64,000 nt of DNA, taken from NCBI GenBank assembly GCA_003551425.1, contig PUMP01000048.1, positions 2,825 through 66,824 on the forward strand. The letters run 5' to 3'. The notes under the pieces are model-generated. The model was not told the origin of the DNA and ran no database searches. It saw only the letters and a program-made list of their open reading frames with translations. Position 1 is the stretch's first letter. Each line of letters starts with the position of its first letter. The stretch is from Candidatus Nealsonbacteria bacterium. GTDB taxonomy: Bacteria; Patescibacteriota; Minisyncoccia; Minisyncoccales; PWPS01. The translations under genes were made by a program, and so were the position numbers. Shown one piece after another: positions 54,700 to 63,672 of this stretch.

Positions 54700-55243
54700 A
54701 CTAAGAGAAGGAGAAAAAGTTTTACTTATAAGGCAAAGGCACCCTATAATTTTAAAGCTGAAGATCTTTCCTTTCGTTCTTGTTTTTGTTGCCGTGATAT
54801 TGATCGCTCTTGTATTGCCGTTTATTTCCCTTGATGAGCCGGAATGGATGAGTTTAATCTTTGAATATACCGGATCTTTCAATATTCTTTTTTATCTTCT
54901 TTTTACTTCCTTTTTAACACTTTTTCTTTTCTGGCAATGCATCTTTGTTGTTGTGGTAAGTTATTTTTTTGATTGCTGGATAATTACCAACCAACGAACG
55001 ATTCATACGGAATTGCGCGGCCTTTTCAGCCGTTATGTTTCCAGCATATATCATGACCGTATTCAAGATGTAAGCGTTGATGTAAAAGGGATATTGCCAA
55101 CTTATTTAAATTATGGTAATTTGCAGGTGCAAACAGCGGGTAAGTTTCGTGAATTTGTTTTTTACGATATTCCCGATCCTTATAAAGTCAAAACAATATT
55201 AATAGATATTCAACGAAAAGGTCGAATTAAAAATATAAGTTAA
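54692..55243 (+). CDS. bacterial PH (bPH_2)-domain membrane protein
   Basis: LREGEKV, WIITNQR, RIQDVSV, NYGNLQVQTAG. Confidence 0.8.
   Translation: MFKLREGEKVLLIRQRHPIILKLKIFPFVLVFVAVILIALVLPFISLDEPEWMSLIFEYTGSFNILFYLLFTSFLTLFLFWQCIFVVVVSYFFDCWIITNQRTIHTELRGLFSRYVSSIYHDRIQDVSVDVKGILPTYLNYGNLQVQTAGKFREFVFYDIPDPYKVKTILIDIQRKGRIKNIS
55217..55224 (+). promoter_or_regulatory. AAAGGTCG motif inside the 3' end of the upstream CDS
   Basis: 25 nt before the ATG at 55250; no clear -10 box nearby. Confidence 0.55.
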
Positions 55244-55249
55244 TTTATT

Positions 55250-56026
55250 ATGAACAAAATAATTGTAGGAGTCATAGTGGTTGCCGTTGTTGTTCTTGCC
55301 GGTGTTCTCATTACGGGAATGGAAGCTCCCGAGGTTCCGGATGAAAACGGTGCAGTGGAAGCGGAGATAGTGGCGGAAGAATGGGTGCAAAACAACGCAG
55401 GAACTTTTACTGACAGAGAGGGAGAAGAGCTAGCCCACATCAGCACCAGAGAGATTGAAGAGGACATTTTCGATGTGGAGTTTGAGTTTAGTTCCAGGTT
55501 TTCCGGATACGGAGAACTTGCTGATGACGAAGTAGCCGCGCAAGTAATAACGCCTCATGTAATTGTGGTCAGTGTAGAAGGAGGAGAGGTTGTAGGGGCC
55601 GTTACGGACGAAGTATTTGATGAATACGAAGGAGAAATGATCGATGAAGATGTAGAGGAAAACGATTACGAAACAACAATGGTAGATGTTTATTTTGCCA
55701 TTGTGGAAGACGGTCAAGAAAGATTGACTTCCGTGGAAAGAGAAGTTCTCGTTGAGAACAAAGAAGAGTCCGCTCTCTTGGAGCTGTTAGAGAGACCGGA
55801 AGAGAATGATTACTTTACGGCAATCGCGGAAGGAACAACCCTCAACTCTTTCGTTATTGACGGAGGAGTCGCTTATGCGGATTTTAGCGAGGAACTTGAT
55901 GCTTCCGGAAGCGCAACCGTAACGATGATTCGTGATCAAATTGAAAGCACTCTTTTACAGTTTGATACCATAAATGATGTGGAGATCTCTATTGAAGGAG
56001 AAACGGAAGAAATACTGCAGCCCTAA
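55250..56026 (+). CDS. membrane-anchored GerMN-domain protein
   Basis: N-terminal TM; VYF, ALLELLE.P, AYADFS, QIESTLLQF..V.ISIEG. Confidence 0.82.
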   Translation: MNKIIVGVIVVAVVVLAGVLITGMEAPEVPDENGAVEAEIVAEEWVQNNAGTFTDREGEELAHISTREIEEDIFDVEFEFSSRFSGYGELADDEVAAQVITPHVIVVSVEGGEVVGAVTDEVFDEYEGEMIDEDVEENDYETTMVDVYFAIVEDGQERLTSVEREVLVENKEESALLELLERPEENDYFTAIAEGTTLNSFVIDGGVAYADFSEELDASGSATVTMIRDQIESTLLQFDTINDVEISIEGETEEILQP

Positions 56027-56120
56027 ATTCTCAGATAGTTACGTAAAAAACGGCGAGAAAGACTCGCCGTTTTTTGTATAAGCATTGTTTTCTGCGGCTC
56101 TATGGGTTATTTTAAAGATA

Positions 56121-56981
56121 ATGAGAAAAAATCCGAAAATAGGAGCACATGTTTCCGTTGCGGGAGGAATCGAAAACTCTCCGAAACGTGCTGAAGAAAT
56201 GGGAGCGGAGTGTATGCAAATATTTGCCGGAAGCCCAAGGAGATATGAGGTTTCTATGCCTTCGCAAGAGACAAAGAAGAGCTATAAAGAAGAACTGGAA
56301 AAAAGAAACATATCTCCTGTTTATATACACGCTACTTATCTTTTAAATCTTGCTACAGAGGAGAGCTCAATATACCGGAAATCATTTAAAAGCCTTTTGG
56401 ATACGTTGAATTTCTGTGATGAGATTGACGCAAACGGAGTTATTTATCATCCCGGATCTCCCAAAGGGGGAGACAAGAAAAAAGCGATTAAAAGAGAGAT
56501 TAGAGCGATAAAAGACATAATGAAATTGTTTTGCGGAAAATCCTTTCTTCTTCTGGAAAATACCGCAGGAGAAAAGAAGATAGGAACCACGCCCGATGAG
56601 ATAGGCTATATTTTAGAACAAGTAAACTCGGAGAAAGTAAAGGTTTGTGTCGATACGGCACACTCTTTCCAGTCGGGAAATATTAATAATTTTGATCTTA
56701 AGCAGATAAAAGAGTGGATTGGCCGATGGAAAAAAGAAGTGGGACTGGAGAACATTTTTTTATTTCACATAAACGATTCTCTTACAAAAGGAGGATCGAA
56801 GAACGATAAGCATGCCAATATCGGAGAAGGACATATCGGGAAGTACGGTTTTTTAAACTTAATGAAAGAAGAAATGGTTGCCAATATTCCTTGGATATTG
56901 GAAGTTCCCGGATTTGGCGGAAAAGGGCCCGATAAAAAGAATATAGAAATATTAAAGAGCATTAGAGAAAAAGCGAAGTGA
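56121..56981 (+). CDS. nfo: endonuclease IV
   Basis: IGAHVS, QIF, HATYLLNL, HPGS, LENTAG, DTAH, HINDS, DKHANIG. Confidence 0.93.
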   Translation: MRKNPKIGAHVSVAGGIENSPKRAEEMGAECMQIFAGSPRRYEVSMPSQETKKSYKEELEKRNISPVYIHATYLLNLATEESSIYRKSFKSLLDTLNFCDEIDANGVIYHPGSPKGGDKKKAIKREIRAIKDIMKLFCGKSFLLLENTAGEKKIGTTPDEIGYILEQVNSEKVKVCVDTAHSFQSGNINNFDLKQIKEWIGRWKKEVGLENIFLFHINDSLTKGGSKNDKHANIGEGHIGKYGFLNLMKEEMVANIPWILEVPGFGGKGPDKKNIEILKSIREKAK

Positions 56982-57042
56982 CTTGCTCTTTTAATATATT
57001 AGATGTTACAATAAATAAAGTATTAATTTTAAATTTAATTAT

Positions 57043-57477
57043 ATGAAAAAAGTAGTGGTTGGAGGCACATTTGATTTATTACACAAAGGACATAAAGAAC
57101 TCCTTAAAAAGGCATCATCGCTGGGGAAGTTAAAGGTCGGGCTTTCTTCTGACCGAATGGCAAAAGAGTTTAAGGGGAGAGAAGTGGAGGAGTTTGAAGT
57201 ACGTATGAATAATATTCGTTATTTTTTGAATGAAGCGGAAGTAGAAGAGATTAACGATCCTTTTGGTTTTGCAGTCGAAGAAGACTTTGATTATATAGTT
57301 GTTTCTTCCGAAACGCGTAAACGTGCGGAGGAGATAAATAAAAAGCGAAGTGATGAGGGAAGAAAAGAAATGGATATTGTAGAAATCGATTTTGTCCTTG
57401 CAGAGGATGGAAACCCTATATCTTCTACCAGAATAAGGAATGGTGTGATAGATAAAGAAGGTAATCTTCTTCAATAA
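57043..57477 (+). CDS. archaeal/eukaryotic-type phosphopantetheine adenylyltransferase
   Basis: GGTFDLLHKGH, DPFG, IVVSSET, IN..R, LAEDGNPISSTRIRNGVID.EG. Confidence 0.85.
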   Translation: MKKVVVGGTFDLLHKGHKELLKKASSLGKLKVGLSSDRMAKEFKGREVEEFEVRMNNIRYFLNEAEVEEINDPFGFAVEEDFDYIVVSSETRKRAEEINKKRSDEGRKEMDIVEIDFVLAEDGNPISSTRIRNGVIDKEGNLLQ

Positions 57478-57480
57478 AAA

Positions 57481-57807
57481 ATGAAGGGATTTATGGATTT
57501 TTATGAGGTTTTGTCCGTAATAGCAGAAGCTGCCCGTCAAAAAGAAATAGCAGAGATATATTATCCGAAAACAGAGAATACTCCCGAAGGATGGAGAGAG
57601 ATTGAGCCGTATAGCCTCACAACAGACATACCTCCGGATGGAGAGCATCTTATTTACGGAAAAGATCGCTTAAGTCCGGGACATATTCTAAACGCAAAAA
57701 TTCCGGGTATAGAGGAGCCCCGGTCTTTTATAATAGGAAAGATTAAACTTGCGAGAAGAACTTATCGTAAATTTACGCCTCCCAAAGACTGGAAAGTAGA
57801 ATTTTAA
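57481..57807 (+). CDS. stand-alone WYL-domain-like protein
   Basis: EIYY...WREIEPYSL...ILNA...RSFIIGKI...RKF pattern. Confidence 0.65.
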   Translation: MKGFMDFYEVLSVIAEAARQKEIAEIYYPKTENTPEGWREIEPYSLTTDIPPDGEHLIYGKDRLSPGHILNAKIPGIEEPRSFIIGKIKLARRTYRKFTPPKDWKVEF

Positions 57808-57808
57808 T

Positions 57809-58486
57809 ATGGATGAGTATATTGAAGAAATAGAAGAAGAGATAGAAGAAGAGAGTTTTTTTAAGTCTTTTCCCGTCAAGGTTTTCTTTGTTGCTTTACT
57901 GATTATTTCTCTTATTTATATCTCAGGAATAAGGGAGTATTTATTTTATCAAAGGACACCGACAAGCACGAAGCTTCAAGCCCCGGAACCTCTTTTTAAG
58001 GCGGAAGAGATAATTGTTCCTGTTTCTGTTTTTGTGGTAAAAGAAGGCCCTTTTCGCTCTGAAAGAAGCAAAGAAGAGACAGAACATATTTTAAGTAACG
58101 GATTTCGCGTTTTTGTTCAAGCCAATATTGACTTTGAAGTTGTTGAATATTCTGCAATCTCTGCGGAAAGCTACAATTTTCTTTCTGATCACAGGAGTTT
58201 TCTTTCCGAAGTGGAAAAGTATGACCCGGATACGATAAATATTTTTTTGGTAGGGCATTTAAAAGGAATTAACGGCATTGCTTTTCCCGGGCTGAGCTCT
58301 CTTGCTGTGGCAGACTACGTTACTTCTCGAGATTATCGCATTCTTGCACATGAGATTGGCCATATTTTGGGTCTAGGACATAGCAGTGATCCTTTTTCCG
58401 TTATGTATCAAGGATCATACGGCGTGAACCTCTCCATGGAAAAAGCGATAAAAGCCAGAGAAAAAGCAAAGAAGTATGAACTTTAA
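57809..58486 (+). CDS. membrane-anchored zinc metallopeptidase (metzincin)
   Basis: HEIGHILGLGH plus Met-turn (SVMY). Confidence 0.85.
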   Translation: MDEYIEEIEEEIEEESFFKSFPVKVFFVALLIISLIYISGIREYLFYQRTPTSTKLQAPEPLFKAEEIIVPVSVFVVKEGPFRSERSKEETEHILSNGFRVFVQANIDFEVVEYSAISAESYNFLSDHRSFLSEVEKYDPDTINIFLVGHLKGINGIAFPGLSSLAVADYVTSRDYRILAHEIGHILGLGHSSDPFSVMYQGSYGVNLSMEKAIKAREKAKKYEL

Positions 58487-61400
58487 AGAAAGATATAAAA
58501 AATTAAATAAAGAACAGCTCTCAGCGGTCGAGCATATCGAAGGCCCTTTGCTTGTAGTTGCCGGTCCCGGCTCCGGGAAAACGGAACTTTTGGGAGTAAG
58601 GGCGGCGAATATATTAAATAAAACGGACACTTCGCCAAGAAATATTCTTAATTTGACCTTTACTGACGCGGCATCTTTAAATATGAGAGAAAGGTTGATC
58701 GAGCTTATAGGAGAAGACGCTTATCGAATTCCTATAAACACGTTTCATAGTTTTTGTTTGGACATAATTGAAAGTTATCCGGAACATTTTTATAAGGGAG
58801 CTGAATTTAATCTTGCTGATGAAGTTACCAAAACCAGAATACTGGAAGATATTTTAAAAGATCTTGACAGTGATCCTTTGGCCGCAGTTCATCCCGAAAT
58901 GGGGTATGTTTATTTGGGGAGTATAAAAAATATTATTTCATTCTTGAAAGAAGAGGGCCTTCGTCCCAATGAGTTTAAGGAGATATTGGAAAAGAACAAG
59001 GAAGACCTTGAAAAGATCAATAATCTTATTGGAAAAGTCTTCGATGAACGGGTAAGTCCGGAAATGTTCTCTAAAATTGAGGCTCTTATTCCCGAACTGG
59101 AGAAAATAAGAGAGGAGTCTCTAATGATGCACTTTTATTCTCTTTCCTTTATAGTATCCAGATCACTAAAAAAAGTCATTGCTTCCGGAGACACAAGAAA
59201 ACTTTCCGAGTGGAAGCAAAAATGGACTAAAAAAGAGAAAGGGAAGCGCCTCTTTAAAGATAGTTTTTATTTAGAAAAGTCGGAAAGCATAGCCAATGTT
59301 TATGAAAAATATTTAGAAAGAATGTACAAAGAAGGTTATTATGATTTTTCCGACATGATTCTTGATGTGATAGAGGCTCTGCAAAAAAATAATGCAATGA
59401 GATATGACTTGCAAGAGAAATATCTCTACATTCAAGTTGATGAGTTTCAAGATACAAGTGGAGTGCAGATGCGCCTTTTAGACTTAATTACGAAAGACGA
59501 AGTTCACGGAAAGCCGAATATATGTGTTGTAGGAGACGATGATCAAACTATTTATCGCTTTCAAGGAGCAGAAATTTCCAATGTTTTAAATTTTAAAAAA
59601 AGATACAAGGATGCAAAAGTGATTACACTCGTTGAAAGTTACCGCTCAACGCAAGATATATTGGATGTAGCAAGAAACATTATTTTAAAAGGAGAAGAGA
59701 GATTGGAAGGAATGTTTCCTGATATAAGGAAGGACCTTATATCCAAACAAAAAGGCAAAAAGGGACAAATAACGGGAAAGGCTTTTAGAACGAAAGAAGA
59801 AGAGTTTTCTTATGTTGCAGGGGAGGTCAAGCAAAAAATAAAAGAAGGAATAAAGCCCGAGGAAATCGCCGTAGTGGCGAGAACGCATAATACTCTAAAA
59901 GAGATCTCTCCCTACTTTAAAGCGCTTCAAGTTCCCGTTTCCACGGAAAGAAGAGAAAACGTCTTAGAGAAAAAACACGTAAAAGAGGTGATAGGGGTTA
60001 TAAGATTTTCTAGTCTTTTGCTTGAAGGAAACAGCAAAAAAGCGGAAGAGCTTTTACCGGATATTCTTAGTTATTCTTTTTGGGGCATAAAGAGAGAAAA
60101 AATTTGGGAAGTTGCAGTTAAAAGTTACGATGAAAGAAAATCTTGGATGGAGTGTATAAGAGAGGACAAAGAGCTTAAAAAAATAGGAGACTTTTTACTT
60201 GATCTCTCTCTTCGAGCGAGAAATGCTCCGGCGGAAGAAATAATCGATATCGTTACGGGAAGCAAGAAAGGGACAATGAAGAGTCCTTTTAAAGATTTTT
60301 ATTTTGGAAAGAATACTTTTAAAGAAAAGAAGGGGGAATATTTAAATTTTTTATCTTCCTTGAAAAGATTTATAAAAGCCGTAAGAGAGCACGAAAACGG
60401 AAAGATGATCAAAGTGAAAGAATTATTGGATTTTGTGGATCTTCATGAAAACAACAATATACCTATTTTAGACAAGAGCCCACTTGTTGCGGAAAAAGAC
60501 ACCGTTTCTTTGGCTACCGCTCATAGTGTAAAGGGAAAAGAGTTTGATGCGGTCTTTGTCTTAAATTGCCAAGAAGAGGTATGGGGGAAACAAAGAAGGT
60601 ATGAGAAGATGATACTTCCCTCGAATCTTCCGCTACAAAGAGCTGCGGAAGATCGTGATGACCAGTTGCGACTCTTTTATGTGACTTTTACCAGAGCAAA
60701 GAGGTTTCTTTACTTTACTTTGTATAAGGAAAAAGAAGACGGCAAGGGTTTTACGCCGCTTGAATTTATAGAAGGCATAGGATTTAATGAGGAAGAATGC
60801 GAGGTGGACAAAGAGGCGATATCTTCTTTTAGCGAGACTCTTTCTCCCATTTCTTTTTTAAAGAATGAAGAAAAATTGCTTCTTCCGTTGGTGAAGGATT
60901 ATAAGCTTAGTGCAACCGGATTTACCAAGTTTTTAAATATTGTTGAAGAGGGCCCTCAAAGCTTTATAGAAGACTCTTTACTTCGTTTCCCCAAAAAGAA
61001 GACCTTATCTCTTTCTTACGGTACCGCCGTCCATAACAGCATCAAGGATCTTTATATAAAACTAAAAAACGAAGGAAGATTGATAAAGAAAAAGGAGTTC
61101 CTGGATTCTTTTGTCAGTTTTTTAAAGAAAGAACGTATTTCTGAGAAAGACTTTCAGAAAATAGAAAAAAGGGGAAGAGAAGCTTTGTCCCTTTTTTACG
61201 CCAAAAGAAAAAATAGCTTTTCTTTAGAGCATGAAATAGAAAGAAACTTTAAAAATCAAGGATGTCAAATTGAGGGAATTGACATTACGGGGCAGATAGA
61301 TAAGATTATCAAGGAGGGAGATAAAATAGAAGTAATTGATTTTAAAACAGGGATTCCTCTTAAAAAATGGAATGAAAAAGGAAAATATAACGAGATAAAG

Positions 61401-61691
61401 TCCTGGAAATACAGGTATCAGCTTGTTTTTTATAAACTGCTTATTGAAACTTCGCGAGATTTTGAGGGTTATGATGTCTCTTCCGGTACATTGGAATTTG
61501 TGGAGCCTTCCGAAGACAAAGAGATCATTACACTTAGCCTGGAGATCGAGAAAAAAGAAACGGAGAGAGTAATCTCTCTTATAAAAGAAGTAGGGGAGAG
61601 AATTAAAAACTTGGATTTTCCGGACCTAAAGGTCAATAAATTCAAAGAAATTAGGGAGTTTGAAGAAAATTTATTAAATAAAAAAATATGA
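58476..61691 (+). CDS. UvrD/PcrA-family helicase with C-terminal PD-(D/E)xK nuclease
   Basis: AGPGSGKT, VDEFQD, VGDDDQTIYRFQGA, SYRS, HSVKGKEF, YVTFTRAK; tail GQIDK...IDFKTG...QLVFY. Confidence 0.92.
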   Translation: MNFKERYKKLNKEQLSAVEHIEGPLLVVAGPGSGKTELLGVRAANILNKTDTSPRNILNLTFTDAASLNMRERLIELIGEDAYRIPINTFHSFCLDIIESYPEHFYKGAEFNLADEVTKTRILEDILKDLDSDPLAAVHPEMGYVYLGSIKNIISFLKEEGLRPNEFKEILEKNKEDLEKINNLIGKVFDERVSPEMFSKIEALIPELEKIREESLMMHFYSLSFIVSRSLKKVIASGDTRKLSEWKQKWTKKEKGKRLFKDSFYLEKSESIANVYEKYLERMYKEGYYDFSDMILDVIEALQKNNAMRYDLQEKYLYIQVDEFQDTSGVQMRLLDLITKDEVHGKPNICVVGDDDQTIYRFQGAEISNVLNFKKRYKDAKVITLVESYRSTQDILDVARNIILKGEERLEGMFPDIRKDLISKQKGKKGQITGKAFRTKEEEFSYVAGEVKQKIKEGIKPEEIAVVARTHNTLKEISPYFKALQVPVSTERRENVLEKKHVKEVIGVIRFSSLLLEGNSKKAEELLPDILSYSFWGIKREKIWEVAVKSYDERKSWMECIREDKELKKIGDFLLDLSLRARNAPAEEIIDIVTGSKKGTMKSPFKDFYFGKNTFKEKKGEYLNFLSSLKRFIKAVREHENGKMIKVKELLDFVDLHENNNIPILDKSPLVAEKDTVSLATAHSVKGKEFDAVFVLNCQEEVWGKQRRYEKMILPSNLPLQRAAEDRDDQLRLFYVTFTRAKRFLYFTLYKEKEDGKGFTPLEFIEGIGFNEEECEVDKEAISSFSETLSPISFLKNEEKLLLPLVKDYKLSATGFTKFLNIVEEGPQSFIEDSLLRFPKKKTLSLSYGTAVHNSIKDLYIKLKNEGRLIKKKEFLDSFVSFLKKERISEKDFQKIEKRGREALSLFYAKRKNSFSLEHEIERNFKNQGCQIEGIDITGQIDKIIKEGDKIEVIDFKTGIPLKKWNEKGKYNEIKSWKYRYQLVFYKLLIETSRDFEGYDVSSGTLEFVEPSEDKEIITLSLEIEKKETERVISLIKEVGERIKNLDFPDLKVNKFKEIREFEENLLNKKI

Positions 61692-62158
61692 AAATAAAAT
61701 TAAATTACATCGTAATTCCGCTTTTTACAATTGCAGTTTCTACTCTTGGCGGATACTTCACTTCACAAGGAGTAGGTGATTGGTACAAAGAATTAATCAA
61801 GCCGGAGTGGACTCCCGACGGCAGTGTTATTGGAATTATCTGGACTCTTCTTTATATCTTGGTTACCGCGATAGTTCTTGTTTACTGGAATAAATACCGT
61901 AATGAAAAAAATTTCAACATTGTTATCGGTCTTTTTATCGTTAACGCAATTTTGAACGCCACTTGGTCTTTTACTTTTTTTACCTTAAATTATATTGCTC
62001 TTGCTTTAGCGCATATTGTTCTTTTGAACTTAACCACTCTTGTTCTCATTATTCTTCTTTGGCCAACTTCTAGACTATTGTCCTTAGGGCTTCTTCCTTA
62101 TATAGCATGGGTGACTATAGCGGGAACTCTTAATTATTTTATTTGGATTCTTAATTAA
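61688..62158 (+). CDS. tspO: TspO/MBR family protein
   Basis: WYKELIKPEWTP, IWTLLY, LNATWS, LPYIAW. Confidence 0.9.
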   Translation: MKIKLNYIVIPLFTIAVSTLGGYFTSQGVGDWYKELIKPEWTPDGSVIGIIWTLLYILVTAIVLVYWNKYRNEKNFNIVIGLFIVNAILNATWSFTFFTLNYIALALAHIVLLNLTTLVLIILLWPTSRLLSLGLLPYIAWVTIAGTLNYFIWILN

Positions 62159-62190
62159 TAAAAAAAGTTTCGCTGTCTTTAGCGAAACCA

Positions 62191-62499
62191 TTAAAGGTCG
62201 GGAAAGTGCTTCTTGAGCAGTTTTCTGAGGGTTTTCTTTTTTTTGGAGCCCCAGACCCACTCTTCGTCTCTTTCAATATAATACTTGTTATATCTCGCCC
62301 TTACAACTATACCGGCCAAAGCAACAACTACTCGCACTGGTTCTTTTCCAATCTCTTCATTTTGAAGAAGATTTTGTATTTCTTTTTTTACGAGCTGCGC
62401 TTCAATGGAAGTTACTGGCCAATATCTTTCTACGTATTCCCTGAAAGCTTCATCGTAACTTTCTTTCCCGTTTTCCTTTTTGAAAAGATCTACTATCAT
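62191..62499 (-). CDS. hypothetical protein
   Basis: 102-aa ORF with a GGGAGGG SD. Confidence 0.55.
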   Translation of the reverse strand: MIVDLFKKENGKESYDEAFREYVERYWPVTSIEAQLVKKEIQNLLQNEEIGKEPVRVVVALAGIVVRARYNKYYIERDEEWVWGSKKKKTLRKLLKKHFPDL

Positions 62500-62552
62500 T
62501 TTATCCCTCCCAACGGAATTGTAAGAAAAAAATAAAAAAAAGCAACACTCCT

Positions 62553-63272
62553 TTATTTAATCGTTGTTCCAATATCCTCTCCAAGAATAGCTTTTTTTAG
62601 ATTTCCTTTTTTATAAATATTGAAAACGATGACACAAACTTTATTGGTGCGACAAAGATCTATTGCGGAGTTATCCATTATCCCAATATCATCGCTTTTA
62701 AACGCTTTATCCAGTGTTAATGTTTTATATTTTTTAGCGTTTGAATTTTTGCTTGGATCTTCCGAGTAGACTCCGTCTACGGAGGTAGCTTTTAATATAG
62801 CTTCACAATTTAGTTCCAGGCCCCTCATAGCGGCCGTGGTATCGGTGGTAATAAACGGCAGACCGGTTCCTCCTCCGCATATTACGACCCTTCCTTTTTC
62901 CAAGTGCCTTATAGCTCTTTTTCTTATAAAAGGCTCCGCTATTTCTTTTATTTCAAAAGCGGTTTGTAGGCGTGTGGTTACGCCCTTTCTTTCCAGTGCA
63001 TCTTGCAGGGCCATTCCGTTAAAAATAGTGGCAAGCATACCCATATAATCGGCCGTTGTCCTGTCAATTCCTTGCTTGCTTCCCGCAACTCCTCGAAAAA
63101 TATTTCCTCCCCCTATAACAATAACAACCTCCGTTCCTATTTTACTTATTTCTTTTATTTCTTCGGCCAGATAAAAAATAAAATCGGGATCTATCCCGAA
63201 ATTTTTTTCTCCCATCATTGATTCGCCGGAAAGCTTTAAAATAACCCTTTTGTACTTTAGTGTTTTTCCCAT
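62553..63272 (-). CDS. pyrH: uridylate kinase
   Basis: LKLSGE, GGGNIFRG, DYMGMLAT, TTDT, VDGVY..DP. Confidence 0.96.
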   Translation of the reverse strand: MGKTLKYKRVILKLSGESMMGEKNFGIDPDFIFYLAEEIKEISKIGTEVVIVIGGGNIFRGVAGSKQGIDRTTADYMGMLATIFNGMALQDALERKGVTTRLQTAFEIKEIAEPFIRKRAIRHLEKGRVVICGGGTGLPFITTDTTAAMRGLELNCEAILKATSVDGVYSEDPSKNSNAKKYKTLTLDKAFKSDDIGIMDNSAIDLCRTNKVCVIVFNIYKKGNLKKAILGEDIGTTIK

Positions 63273-63344
63273 TGCAAATAGTATAATGATTTTTTAAAAA
63301 ATGTAAATATTGATATTTATTGGCTAAGAATATATAATCCCCAA

Positions 63345-63671
63345 ATGGAGTTTAAAGATTACGAGAAACAATCAAAAAAGACGGCGATTTATCCAAAGGA
63401 TAAAAAATACACTTATCTCTTTTGAGGACTTGCATCGGAAGCCGGGGAGGTTGCAAGTAAGTTTAAAAAGGTCATACGCGATAAAGATGGGAAAATAGAC
63501 GAAAAGGCGAAAAGAGACATTGAAAAGGAGCTGGGTGATGTTTTGTGGTATGTCTCGCAGCTTAGCAGGGAGCTTGATATAACATTGGAAAGAGTTGCTA
63601 AAACTAATTTAGAAAAACTTATGTCAAGAGAAGAGAGAGAAAAACTTTCCGGAGACGGAGATGATCGTTGA
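63345..63671 (+). pseudogene. MazG-like NTP pyrophosphohydrolase interrupted by in-frame TGA
   Basis: MEFKDYEKQSKKTAIYP...YLF*GLASEAGEVASKFKKVIRD...KELGDVLWYVSQL...NLEKLMSR...GDGDDR; TGA at 63423-63425. Confidence 0.85.
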
Positions 63672-63672
63672 T

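Noticed and set aside
57132-57139. Further AAAGGTCG copies at 57132, 62193 and 8253 (minus strand)
   Set aside because: They lie inside coding sequence with no suitably placed downstream start; the number is close to chance expectation.
52069-61691. Gabija system from the OLD nuclease plus the UvrD helicase
   Set aside because: The genes are about 5 kb apart on opposite strands, and the helicase is a long repair-type helicase-nuclease, not GajB-like.
63423-63425. TGA recoding (genetic code 25 or 4, or selenocysteine)
   Set aside because: TGA ends many genes at their expected C-termini (mltG, rarA, ddl, nfo, this gene itself), and the aligned residue here is expected to be Leu, not Gly/Trp/Cys.
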